Source of the DNA: Gemmatales bacterium
Lineage (GTDB): Bacteria; Planctomycetota; Planctomycetia; Gemmatales; HRBIN36
NCBI GenBank assembly: GCA_035430005.1
Contig: DAOMFV010000005.1
Coordinates: 15,196 to 79,195 of the forward strand
Direction: 5' to 3'
Length of the DNA stretch: 64,000 nucleotides
Below the pieces are notes generated by a model that saw nothing but the letters and a program-made list of their open reading frames with translations, was not told the origin of the DNA and ran no database searches. A program made the translations under genes and the position numbers. Shown here piece after piece: positions 36,014 through 44,254 of the stretch (within the stretch, counting starts at the first letter, position 1; each line of letters starts with the position of its first letter).

Positions 36014-38488
36014 TTAGCCTCCGCTGACCGGTGTCGTTTGATTCGCCTTGACCATACGCACCGCACACTTCTTGTAATCAGGCTGCTTGCTGTAAGGACA
36101 ATGTGCTTCCAGCGTCAGCAGGTTGCAGAGCAGCTTTTCATCAAAGAACGGGATGAAGAGATGCCCTGGCGGGCACTTGCCACGCCCATCGACCCAAGCT
36201 GGCAGCGTCAACGTGCCACGCCGGGTTTCGAGGCGAACGTGATCGCCCGTCTTGATGCCCAGTTGCCCTGCATCTTCCCGGCTGACTTCGACGTAGGAAC
36301 CAGGCATCGCTCTTCGCAATTGTGGTATCCGCATGGTCATGGTGCCAGTATGCCAATGTTCAAGTACACGGCCGGTATCAAGCCAAAGCGGATAGTCCTT
36401 GTCAGGCACTTCAGGTGGTGCCAGGTAAGGCCGGAACCAGATCAGCGCCTTGTCGTCCTTAGTGACAGAGTGATAAAACTGGATACCTTTTCCCTTCTCG
36501 ACATAGCTGTCGTAGCCTTCGATGAAGCGATAGCGGGTCTCCTGCCAGTCGCCGTTAGGCTTTTGAATCACGGGCCAGCGTAGCCCTCGAGCCTTGACCA
36601 GCTCAGCATACGGTGCCACATCCTTGTGCTTGATCTTGGTGAATTGTCGGTACTCGGTGAAGAGCTTTTCATCGACGTTGACTTTGCCATAGTAGTTCTC
36701 CCATTTCCAGATCTCGACGGGTTCACCCTTTTGATCTGTGACATGGAAGAGGAACTTGCCATCCTTGTCCTTCATACCGGGATGTCCCAGTTCGAGCAGC
36801 CGGTGGGCGACGGCGATCGTTTGCCAGCAGTCATCACGTGCCTGGCCGGGGGGAGGAACCATCTTGAACCACTGATGGGTTCGACGTTCGGAGTTACCAA
36901 ACACGCCATTCTTCTCGACCCACAGGGCTGAGGGTAAAATCAGGTCAGCCAGTTCAGTGGTGGCTGTCGGATAGACATCGGAGACGATGAGGAACTTGTT
37001 TTCCAGCCCTTTTTTGCTCCGGAACAACTTGTTGATGTTCGGCAGCGACTGGCCCGGATTGGTCACCTGCACCCAGATGGTATCAATATCACCGCCTTTG
37101 TCGGAAGGGGTGCAGAACTTCTCCCACATCAGCACGGTATGGTAGCCGATCTTGGGATTGATCCGGCCAGCGGGGAGGTTCCACAGATGTTCAGCCTTGG
37201 CACGCTGAACATCATCATCGACTTTGAGATCACCCGGAAGCGCATGGCACAGTGTCCCCACTTCTCGAACGGTACCACAGGCAGAAGGTTGCCCGGTCAA
37301 ACTTTGCGGTCCATCACCGGGTCTTCCAAAGTGCCCACTGAGCAAATGAATGCCATGTACCAGGTTATTAATGGCCGTACCCATGGTGTGCTGGTTCATG
37401 CCCATGCACCAGAGGCTGACGATCTTGAGCTGCGGATTACCAAACAACTTACCCAGCAGCTTCAGGTCATCTACGGAAAGCCCACTTAGTTCGCTGGCTT
37501 TCTCCGGGGTGTAGGTCGCCACCATCTGCTGAAATTGCTCAAAGGTAATCGGCTTGCCCATCAGGGTGCCAAACGTCTTGTATTCATCCCAATTCTTGAG
37601 CGTGTCGTAACGGGCAGGCTCCGCATCAGCACGGAAGTTGCAGTACTTTGTGACAAACTCAGCGTTGTAGGTCTTGTTAGCGATGAGTTGCTGAGCGATG
37701 CAATTCGCAATAGCCAGGTCGCCATTCGGCTTCATCGTCATGACGTGGTTGGCTTGCTCCGAAGTACGAGTGCGACGCTGGCTGATGTCCACCAGAACCA
37801 CTTTGTCGCCACGTAACCGACGGTCGATGATTCGGCTGAAGAGGACGGGGTGCATCTCGGCTGGGTTGTTGCCCCAGAGGATGACCACATCCGCCTGGTC
37901 GAGATCGTCGTAACAGTTGTACGGCTCATCCACGCCATAGGTACTGATGTATCCTGTGACGGCGGAGGCCATGCAGAGGCGGGCGTTAGGCTCGATCTGA
38001 TTACTTGCCAAGCCACCCTTCATGAACTTGTTGGCAGCATAGCCTTCTGGCACCGTCCACTGCCCCGAGCCATAAAAGGCAAAGCGATTGGGAGCACGCA
38101 TCACTCTTTGAGCAATGGTATTGATCGCTTCCTCCCAACTGATCGGCTCCATCTTGCCATTCTTGCGAAGCAGGGGAGTGGTCAGGCGATCTTTGCCATA
38201 AAGCACTGAGCCAACGTGATAGCCTTTGACGCAGAGCAAGCCTTTGTTAACCTCAGCTTGCCGATCCCCAGCGATAGCAACGACTCGGTTATCCTTGACC
38301 GCTACCTGTACGTGGCAGCCTGTACCGCAGAAACGGCATGGCGCTTTGTTCCAGGTAACATCGGGAATGACTGGCAGTTCCGTGCGTGGTGGCTGCCCGG
38401 CTGGAGCATTCTGTTCCATGGCCAGGGCGGTAGCAGCAGCCATGGCGCTGGTTCTGACAAAATCACGCCGGCTCAGTTCGTTAGTCAT
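36014..38488 (-). CDS. napA: periplasmic nitrate reductase catalytic subunit
   Basis: Tat signal SRRDFVRTSAMAAATALA. 4Fe-4S motif CRFCGTGC...C. ARLCMASAV (region of the Mo-ligand Cys). 824 aa. Flanked by napD and napB. Confidence 0.95.
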   Translation of the reverse strand: MTNELSRRDFVRTSAMAAATALAMEQNAPAGQPPRTELPVIPDVTWNKAPCRFCGTGCHVQVAVKDNRVVAIAGDRQAEVNKGLLCVKGYHVGSVLYGKDRLTTPLLRKNGKMEPISWEEAINTIAQRVMRAPNRFAFYGSGQWTVPEGYAANKFMKGGLASNQIEPNARLCMASAVTGYISTYGVDEPYNCYDDLDQADVVILWGNNPAEMHPVLFSRIIDRRLRGDKVVLVDISQRRTRTSEQANHVMTMKPNGDLAIANCIAQQLIANKTYNAEFVTKYCNFRADAEPARYDTLKNWDEYKTFGTLMGKPITFEQFQQMVATYTPEKASELSGLSVDDLKLLGKLFGNPQLKIVSLWCMGMNQHTMGTAINNLVHGIHLLSGHFGRPGDGPQSLTGQPSACGTVREVGTLCHALPGDLKVDDDVQRAKAEHLWNLPAGRINPKIGYHTVLMWEKFCTPSDKGGDIDTIWVQVTNPGQSLPNINKLFRSKKGLENKFLIVSDVYPTATTELADLILPSALWVEKNGVFGNSERRTHQWFKMVPPPGQARDDCWQTIAVAHRLLELGHPGMKDKDGKFLFHVTDQKGEPVEIWKWENYYGKVNVDEKLFTEYRQFTKIKHKDVAPYAELVKARGLRWPVIQKPNGDWQETRYRFIEGYDSYVEKGKGIQFYHSVTKDDKALIWFRPYLAPPEVPDKDYPLWLDTGRVLEHWHTGTMTMRIPQLRRAMPGSYVEVSREDAGQLGIKTGDHVRLETRRGTLTLPAWVDGRGKCPPGHLFIPFFDEKLLCNLLTLEAHCPYSKQPDYKKCAVRMVKANQTTPVSGG

Positions 38489-38754
38489 GACTGTGCTCCC
38501 TGGGCCAGTACCTCGGGTTCGTGATCAGCAACGGAAACGTAGGCAACATGGACATCGAGTACGCCGGGCAACTCGCTGAGCCAGCGATGCCAGCGTAGCG
38601 AATCCTCCGGTGCTGTCACCTCCATCACAACTGACAGGCGTTGACCAGCCAACTCACCGACAGTAAATGGGCCAGCTTGCTGAATAGCTGCCATGGCTGA
38701 TTGGATAACGTCAACTTCTGGTTCGAATGCCACTACTAAACCGGAGATGTACAT
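38485..38754 (-). CDS. napD: NapD chaperone
   Basis: MYISGLVVAFEPE... (the NapD-type H/YISSLVV start). ~89 aa. The stop overlaps the napA start (ATGA). An alternative upstream start is at 38787. Confidence 0.8.
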   Translation of the reverse strand: MYISGLVVAFEPEVDVIQSAMAAIQQAGPFTVGELAGQRLSVVMEVTAPEDSLRWHRWLSELPGVLDVHVAYVSVADHEPEVLAQGAQS

Positions 38755-38813
38755 GGCGCTCTCACTCCGTTCGAGAAGAACTCCCAAGGTAATCTAGCAG
38801 AGCCATCGTCTAT

Positions 38814-38843
38814 ATCAAGAATAAAAGAATGATTATTCTTGAT
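38814..38843. promoter_or_regulatory. operator-like inverted repeat in the divergent napD / cytochrome c promoter region
   Basis: ATCAAGAATA-N10-TATTCTTGAT, with perfect 10-bp arms; the hexamer AAGAAT also recurs in the spacer. Each arm contains a TTGAT(A/T) -35-like hexamer. On the + strand: TTGATT 38839-44, 17 nt, TAAGTT. On the - strand: TTGATA, 16 nt, TAGATT. Confidence 0.5.
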
Positions 38844-38892
38844 TTAATCCTCTATCCCGTGTAAGTTGACGATGTACCTCGGGGAGATGCTT

Positions 38893-39570
38893 ATGCCACA
38901 CGCCCCTGAACCTGTGCCGTCCTTCGCACGATCTAGAATGGTCAAAGGACTAAGCTTTGTCTTGGTGATTGCTCTATTAGCAGTACTATTGCTGTTCCCC
39001 AAGCCTCAAAGTGTGGTCGTACCTGAGAAAGTTCAAACCGCATCTGCTGTTAATGAAGAACGCCATTTCGAAACCTTCATCCGCAAACCTGCTGGACCAC
39101 CTTCGGTTAAGACTGGCCTGCTTGATCCCCATGGGCAGCCGGTCAGTGTAGCTTGCAATACCTGTCATGCCACCAGGTCGCCCAATGCCGAACTGCGTGT
39201 CGGTGGAAATCTTTCGACATTTCATCAAGGTCTGAAGGGCAATCACGGCAACTTGACTTGTGTCTCCTGTCACAATGGTAACGAAGGCTATCAGACCCTT
39301 CGCCTTGCCGACGGTAAGTCATTGCCCTTCACCGAAGTGATGCAACTCTGTGCCCAGTGCCATGGCCCGCAGTTTCGTGATTATTCCCACGGAGCCCATG
39401 GCGGCATGACAGGTTACTGGGATCTCACCCAGGGGCCACGGCAACGCAACAACTGCATTGATTGCCACGATCCACATTTCCCCAAGTATCCCACCGTGCG
39501 TCCCGCTCAAGGGCCTCACGACCGTTTTCAGTCCTCCCCTCATGACCAGAAAGGAACAGGCCATGAGTAA
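38893..39570 (+). CDS. membrane-anchored tetrahaem cytochrome c (c3/ActA-like)
   Basis: CNTCH, CVSCH, CAQCH and CIDCH at ~35-aa spacing. TM helix LSFVLVIALLAVLLLF. Start set at ATG 38893 (GGGGAG 6 nt upstream). The ORF track begins at TTG 38866, which would overlap the predicted -10. Confidence 0.8.
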   Translation: MPHAPEPVPSFARSRMVKGLSFVLVIALLAVLLLFPKPQSVVVPEKVQTASAVNEERHFETFIRKPAGPPSVKTGLLDPHGQPVSVACNTCHATRSPNAELRVGGNLSTFHQGLKGNHGNLTCVSCHNGNEGYQTLRLADGKSLPFTEVMQLCAQCHGPQFRDYSHGAHGGMTGYWDLTQGPRQRNNCIDCHDPHFPKYPTVRPAQGPHDRFQSSPHDQKGTGHE

Positions 39571-40495
39571 CAAGAAATTCTCGCTTCCTGTTCTCGGCGA
39601 GGTAGACCGTCGCACTGCTGTCAAAGCGGGAGCTGTCACCCTGGGCCTGGCCATGCTGGCCAAGGCGATTCAACCCGTGATGGAGTGGAGTTCCAATCTC
39701 ACCGCCGACGAGTTCCTGCAGAAGCACTACAAGGAACTGAAACCCAAGGAACTTGATGTTGTCATCAAACGACTTCAGGAAGAAGCACTGCATGAATATG
39801 GGCGTGAGGTGAAGATCAAGAACCCGCAGGCTAAGTCTGGTGTGAAGTATGCTTACGCTCTCAATCTCAGCATCTGTATCGGGTGCCGCAAGTGTGCGGA
39901 AGCCTGTCACCTCGAAAACAATCACGACCGGGCAACACATAACAGCTACATCCGCGTCTTTGAAATGCAGAAGGGTGGCATCGATTTCGAGAAGGGCAAC
40001 TGCACCTACGATAATCCGGTGCCTGCTCCTGACAAGTTCTACATGCCCGTCCAATGTCAGCAGTGCGATAACCCTCCCTGTGTGAGTGTTTGCCCGGTCG
40101 AAGCCACCTGGAAAGAAAAGGATGGCCTTGTCGTCGTCGATTACAACTGGTGCATTGGCTGCAGATATTGCGAAGCAGCCTGCCCTTACCATGCCCGCCG
40201 ATTTAACTGGACTAAGCCCGAGATCAGCCCGAAAGAAATCAATCCGAACCAGGGGTATCTCTCCAATCGTGTCAGGCCTCAGGGCGTGATGGAGAAATGC
40301 ACGTTCTGCCTGCATCGGGTACGGGAAGGGCGACTGCCCGCCTGTTTGGAAGCCTGCCCCACGGGTGCCCGTGTCTTTGGGAATATCCTCGATCCCAAAT
40401 CGGAGATACGCTGGGTGCTGGAAAACAAGCGAGTCTTCGTTCTCAAGGAAGAACTCGGTACCAAACCTAACTTCTTCTACTTCTTTGACAAGTAA
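39563..40495 (+). CDS. periplasmic 4x[4Fe-4S] ferredoxin-type subunit (NrfC/PsrB/HybA-like)
   Basis: Tat-like DRRTAVKAGAVTLGLAML. Four Cys clusters: CIGCRKCAEAC, CQQCDNPPCVSVCP, CIGCRYCEAACP, CTFCLHR...CLEACP. The ATG overlaps the upstream stop. Confidence 0.85.
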   Translation: MSNKKFSLPVLGEVDRRTAVKAGAVTLGLAMLAKAIQPVMEWSSNLTADEFLQKHYKELKPKELDVVIKRLQEEALHEYGREVKIKNPQAKSGVKYAYALNLSICIGCRKCAEACHLENNHDRATHNSYIRVFEMQKGGIDFEKGNCTYDNPVPAPDKFYMPVQCQQCDNPPCVSVCPVEATWKEKDGLVVVDYNWCIGCRYCEAACPYHARRFNWTKPEISPKEINPNQGYLSNRVRPQGVMEKCTFCLHRVREGRLPACLEACPTGARVFGNILDPKSEIRWVLENKRVFVLKEELGTKPNFFYFFDK

Positions 40496-40506
40496 GGGAG
40501 GTACTC

Positions 40507-41781
40507 ATGAGTTCCCTTGCTACACCATCGAAAGAGCCTTCCTCGGCACTACTCAGCTATCCACGCTTCCTGCGACAAGCACTTCATGTCTCAACAGAAG
40601 GCACTTGGGTCTTCTATCTCTGGATGACCGTGCTGACTGCGGTATCGCTCGTGGGCGCCAACGCCTGGGCTGTCCAGGTGCGAGACGGCATGGCCCGAAC
40701 CGGGATGTCCGACCATGTTAGCTGGGGGCTTTACATCGCCAACTTCACCTTTTGCGTCGGGCTGGCTGCCGGCGGTGTGATGATGGTGATTCCTGCCTAT
40801 CTCTACCACGATGAAGAAATGCATGATGTGGTCATTGTCGGCGAAATCGTCGCCATTGCTGCCATCATCATGAGTACCTTATCGGTCGTCGTCGATCTGG
40901 GCCGTCCCGATCGTTTCTGGCATCTCATGCCCGGTATCGGTCGATTCAATTGGCCCATTTCGATGCTGACCTGGGATATCATTGTTCTAAACGGCTACCT
41001 GCTCATCAATCTGCACATCGTTGGCTACCTGCTCTACATGCGTTTTCTCGGTCGCAAGCCTAACCCGAAGTGGTACATGCCTTTTGTGTTTCTCTCCATT
41101 ATCTGGGCTATCAGCATTCATACGGTAACTGCTTTTCTTTACTGTGGCCTGGGTGGTCGTCCCTTCTGGAACACGGCACTGCTGGCCCCACGCTTCCTGG
41201 CTTCGGCTTTTGTCTCGGGACCATGCTTTATCATCCTGTTGCTACAACTCATTCGTGCCACCAGCCGTTTCAACATCGGTGAAGCGCCCATCCGCACGTT
41301 GATACAGATCATTCGGGTGGCTATCTGCATTAATCTGCTGATGACAGTCTCGGAGTTGTTCACCCTTTTTTACACGGGCGGAGGACATGCTGCAGCAGGA
41401 CAGTACCTTTTCTTTGGTTCTCACGGAAAGACAGGTCTTGTTCCCTGGATATGGACATCCTTGATACTCAGTATCCTCGGTTGCCTGCTCTTCTTGTCTC
41501 CCGGAGTGATGAAGAAAGGCTGGCTGTTAACCCTGGCCTGCATCATCTGCTTTGTGGCCATATGGATCGAAAAAGGCATGGGGCTGATCATCCCCGGCTT
41601 TATTCCATCCACCCTGCATGAGGTAGTAGAGTACGTTCCTAGCCTGACAGAGTGGAAGATAACGGTGGGTATCTGGGCTTTTGGTATGGTAGTCTTAACC
41701 GTCATCTTGAAGATTGCTATAGCCGTCTTCAACAACGAGATGAAACTCAACGGCAACACTATCCAGCAAGAAGCAGTATGA
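40507..41781 (+). CDS. NrfD/PsrC-family integral membrane quinol-interacting subunit
   Basis: 424 aa, ~10 TM helices, NrfD-like sequence (WGLYIANFTFCVGLAAGG...RPDRFWH...). It follows the FeS subunit after an 11-nt gap. Confidence 0.85.
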   Translation: MSSLATPSKEPSSALLSYPRFLRQALHVSTEGTWVFYLWMTVLTAVSLVGANAWAVQVRDGMARTGMSDHVSWGLYIANFTFCVGLAAGGVMMVIPAYLYHDEEMHDVVIVGEIVAIAAIIMSTLSVVVDLGRPDRFWHLMPGIGRFNWPISMLTWDIIVLNGYLLINLHIVGYLLYMRFLGRKPNPKWYMPFVFLSIIWAISIHTVTAFLYCGLGGRPFWNTALLAPRFLASAFVSGPCFIILLLQLIRATSRFNIGEAPIRTLIQIIRVAICINLLMTVSELFTLFYTGGGHAAAGQYLFFGSHGKTGLVPWIWTSLILSILGCLLFLSPGVMKKGWLLTLACIICFVAIWIEKGMGLIIPGFIPSTLHEVVEYVPSLTEWKITVGIWAFGMVVLTVILKIAIAVFNNEMKLNGNTIQQEAV

Positions 41782-42224
41782 CTCCCTACGGTAAGACAGC
41801 ACAGCATGCCATCGCCGCAGTCAGCCTGCTGGCCCAGGTCTATTCTCAGAATAAGAAACTGAGTTCGATCGATATCGCCAAAGAACGTGGATTGCCCAAG
41901 CCAGTCGTCGCCAAGGTGTTGACTGTCTTATCGCAAGCCGGCATCGTTGCCGGCGCTCCGGGACCTGGAGGCGGCTACTGCCTGGCCAAGCCTCCTGAGA
42001 AAATCACCCTGGCTGATGTGGCTGAGTGCTTCGACCGCCAGAAGGAAACTGTCTGCTGTCCCTTTGGACCTACCTATTGTGGAACGGGGAATCCCTGTCC
42101 ATTGCATCATCAACTAACTGCTATTCGTGATCGGTTAGTTCATTTCTTGAATACGAATACGCTTGCATCCTTCACGAAAGTTGCCAGACTGAAGAAAATC
42201 CCTGCCTCAGACGCCGAGGAATAG
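41778..42224 (+). CDS. Rrf2-family transcriptional regulator (NsrR/IscR-like)
   Basis: [20 protein letters not shown]...[28 protein letters not shown]...[10 protein letters not shown] (Rrf2 wHTH). Cys cluster [23 protein letters not shown] overlap with the nrfD-like stop, and the gene ends 2 nt before the nrfH ATG. Confidence 0.85.
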   Translation: MTPYGKTAQHAIAAVSLLAQVYSQNKKLSSIDIAKERGLPKPVVAKVLTVLSQAGIVAGAPGPGGGYCLAKPPEKITLADVAECFDRQKETVCCPFGPTYCGTGNPCPLHHQLTAIRDRLVHFLNTNTLASFTKVARLKKIPASDAEE

Positions 42225-42226
42225 GC

Positions 42227-42706
42227 ATGAAAGTACTCAAGTGGTTGATTGGTGGCAGCCTGGCGAGTCTTCTCGTCTGGATCATGCTGGGTCTGTGTGT
42301 CGGTTCGGGTACCTATACCGTCTACTATGGCGAAGGTCTTTCTTATCTCAGCAGCAATCCCAAAGCCTGCGTCAACTGCCACATCATGCGTGAGCAATAT
42401 GATGGATGGCAAAAGTCGAGTCATCACGCTGCTGCCACCTGCGTCGATTGCCATCTACCCCATGAGTTCGTCGGCAAATGGATAGCCAAAGCTGAGAATG
42501 GCTTCTGGCATTCCAAGGGCTTCACTCTGCAGGACTTTCACGAACCGATCCGCATTCATCAGAAGAACGCCAATATTCTGCAGGCGAACTGCGTTCAGTG
42601 CCATCAGGATTTCGTCCATGATGTGGCAGTTACTTCCACAGCCAACCATGAAAGTCTGAAGTGCACCCATTGTCACATGCATGTGGGTCATGGTCCCACT
42701 CGCTGA
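42227..42706 (+). CDS. nrfH: NrfH, membrane tetrahaem quinol dehydrogenase (NapC/NirT family)
   Basis: N-terminal TM. CVNCH, CVDCH, CVQCH, CTHCH. 159 aa. Directly upstream of nrfA. Confidence 0.9.
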   Translation: MKVLKWLIGGSLASLLVWIMLGLCVGSGTYTVYYGEGLSYLSSNPKACVNCHIMREQYDGWQKSSHHAAATCVDCHLPHEFVGKWIAKAENGFWHSKGFTLQDFHEPIRIHQKNANILQANCVQCHQDFVHDVAVTSTANHESLKCTHCHMHVGHGPTR

Positions 42707-42741
42707 CCTGATTATTCGCTGTAACTCTTTGCCTTTGAGGA

Positions 42742-44187
42742 TTGATCGTGTCTAACCAAGCAACTACGAAACCACGAAGCTGGCTGGGACAACTCGTTCT
42801 CTGCCTGATCATCGCCGGCGTTACCTTTGGTGTCATGCTGCTCTGGCAGAACATTGCAGAGCGAAAGCAGGAATCCAGGCACCAGGTTTTCAAGGTCACT
42901 GATGTTTCAGAAGAGACTATCGACCCCAGCATCTGGGGGAAGAATTACCCTCGGCAATACGACAGCTACTTGCGCACCGTCGATATCGAACGCACCAAGC
43001 ATGGCGGTTCCGAAGCCTTCCAGAAGCTCGATGAAGATCCGCGCTGGCGAACGCTGTTTAAAGGCTACGCCTTTGGAGTGGATTACCGCGAAGAGCGTGG
43101 CCACGCTTACATGCTGTCTGACCAGGATCAAACAGAACGAGTCAAGCAGTTCAAACAACCGGGAGCCTGCCTGCACTGCCATGCTTCGATCATTCCCGCC
43201 TACAGAGAACAAGGAGTCAAAGCAGGCATTCCTAAGGATGAAGCTCATCGCCAGGAAGCCATCATGAAAGGATTCGAAACAGTCTGTGCCATGCCCTATG
43301 CCGAAGGACGCAAGCTCGTTTCGCATCCAGTGAGTTGTGTCGATTGTCACCATCCCGATACCATGGCACTTCGTGTGACCCGCCCCGGGTTTCTCAATGG
43401 CGTCAAAGCGCTTGCGGAATCGAACGACCCAACGCCCCATCTCCCCAGCATCGAACGCTGGCGCAAAGGTTCTCGCAAAACACCCTACGACCCCAACACG
43501 GAGGCCAGCCGGCAGGAGATGCGTTCGATGGCCTGTGGGCAGTGTCACGTCGAATACTATTTCAAGGGCGAAGGCAAACTGCTGACCTACCCTTGGCAGA
43601 AGGGCCTCAAGGCTGATCAAATCGAGAGTTACTACGACGAGGTGGGCTGGAAGGATTGGGTTCATGCTGACTCAGGTGCCCCGGCGCTGAAGGCGCAGCA
43701 TCCGGAGTTTGAAATGTGGTCGCAGGGTATTCATGCCCGTTCAGGTGTCTCCTGTGCCGATTGCCACATGCCGTACAAGCGGGAAGGAGCCATCAAAGTC
43801 AGCGATCACCATGTTCGCAGTCCCATGCTCAATATCTCCCGGGCCTGCCAGACCTGTCACCACTATCCCGAACAGGAGATCTTGAATCGTGTCACTGCCA
43901 TTCAGGACCGCACCAAGGCACTCATGTTACGGGCGGAAGACGCAACGGTAGATCTAATCAAGAACTTAGCTGCTGCAAAATTGGAAGGCATGAATGATGA
44001 GCAATTGAAAGCTGCCCGTGCTCTACACCGCAAGGCCCAATGGCGGCTCGATTTCGTCGCCGCTGAGAACTCGATGGGTTTCCATGCACCTCAGGAAGCA
44101 GCACGGCTACTCGGTGAAGCCATCGATTACGCCCGACAAGGGCAAGTGAAGGTACTGGAACTCAGCAAGCCCAAGCCAGGCAAGTAA
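42742..44187 (+). CDS. nrfA: pentahaem cytochrome c nitrite reductase (ammonia-forming)
   Basis: NrfA-like blocks: YPRQYDSY, GYAFGVDYREERGH, CGQCHVEYYF, KAQHPEFEMW, CADCHMPY, CQTCHH. Five haem motifs: CLHCH, CVDCH, CGQCH, CADCH, CQTCH. The start may be TTG 42742 or GTG 42748 (GAGGA upstream). Confidence 0.9.
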   Translation: MIVSNQATTKPRSWLGQLVLCLIIAGVTFGVMLLWQNIAERKQESRHQVFKVTDVSEETIDPSIWGKNYPRQYDSYLRTVDIERTKHGGSEAFQKLDEDPRWRTLFKGYAFGVDYREERGHAYMLSDQDQTERVKQFKQPGACLHCHASIIPAYREQGVKAGIPKDEAHRQEAIMKGFETVCAMPYAEGRKLVSHPVSCVDCHHPDTMALRVTRPGFLNGVKALAESNDPTPHLPSIERWRKGSRKTPYDPNTEASRQEMRSMACGQCHVEYYFKGEGKLLTYPWQKGLKADQIESYYDEVGWKDWVHADSGAPALKAQHPEFEMWSQGIHARSGVSCADCHMPYKREGAIKVSDHHVRSPMLNISRACQTCHHYPEQEILNRVTAIQDRTKALMLRAEDATVDLIKNLAAAKLEGMNDEQLKAARALHRKAQWRLDFVAAENSMGFHAPQEAARLLGEAIDYARQGQVKVLELSKPKPGK

Positions 44188-44204
44188 CGAACCAGGCAAA
44201 AACC

Positions 44205-44232
44205 AAAAGGGGCAGACAATGTCTGCCCCTTC
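44205..44232. terminator. bidirectional stem-loop between convergent nrfA and the outer-membrane protein gene
   Basis: AAAA-GGGGCAGACA-A-TGTCTGCCCC-TT. 10-nt complementary arms, an A-run on one side and TT on the other. Confidence 0.6.
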
Positions 44233-44254
44233 TGCAGGTGTGATCAATAGATCA

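Noticed and set aside
38814-38843. FNR/CRP box in the nap promoter region
   Set aside because: The repeat contains ATCAA and TTGAT, but in the outward-facing order and 20 nt apart, not TTGAT-N4-ATCAA. It does not fit the FNR consensus, so it is reported instead as an unassigned operator candidate.
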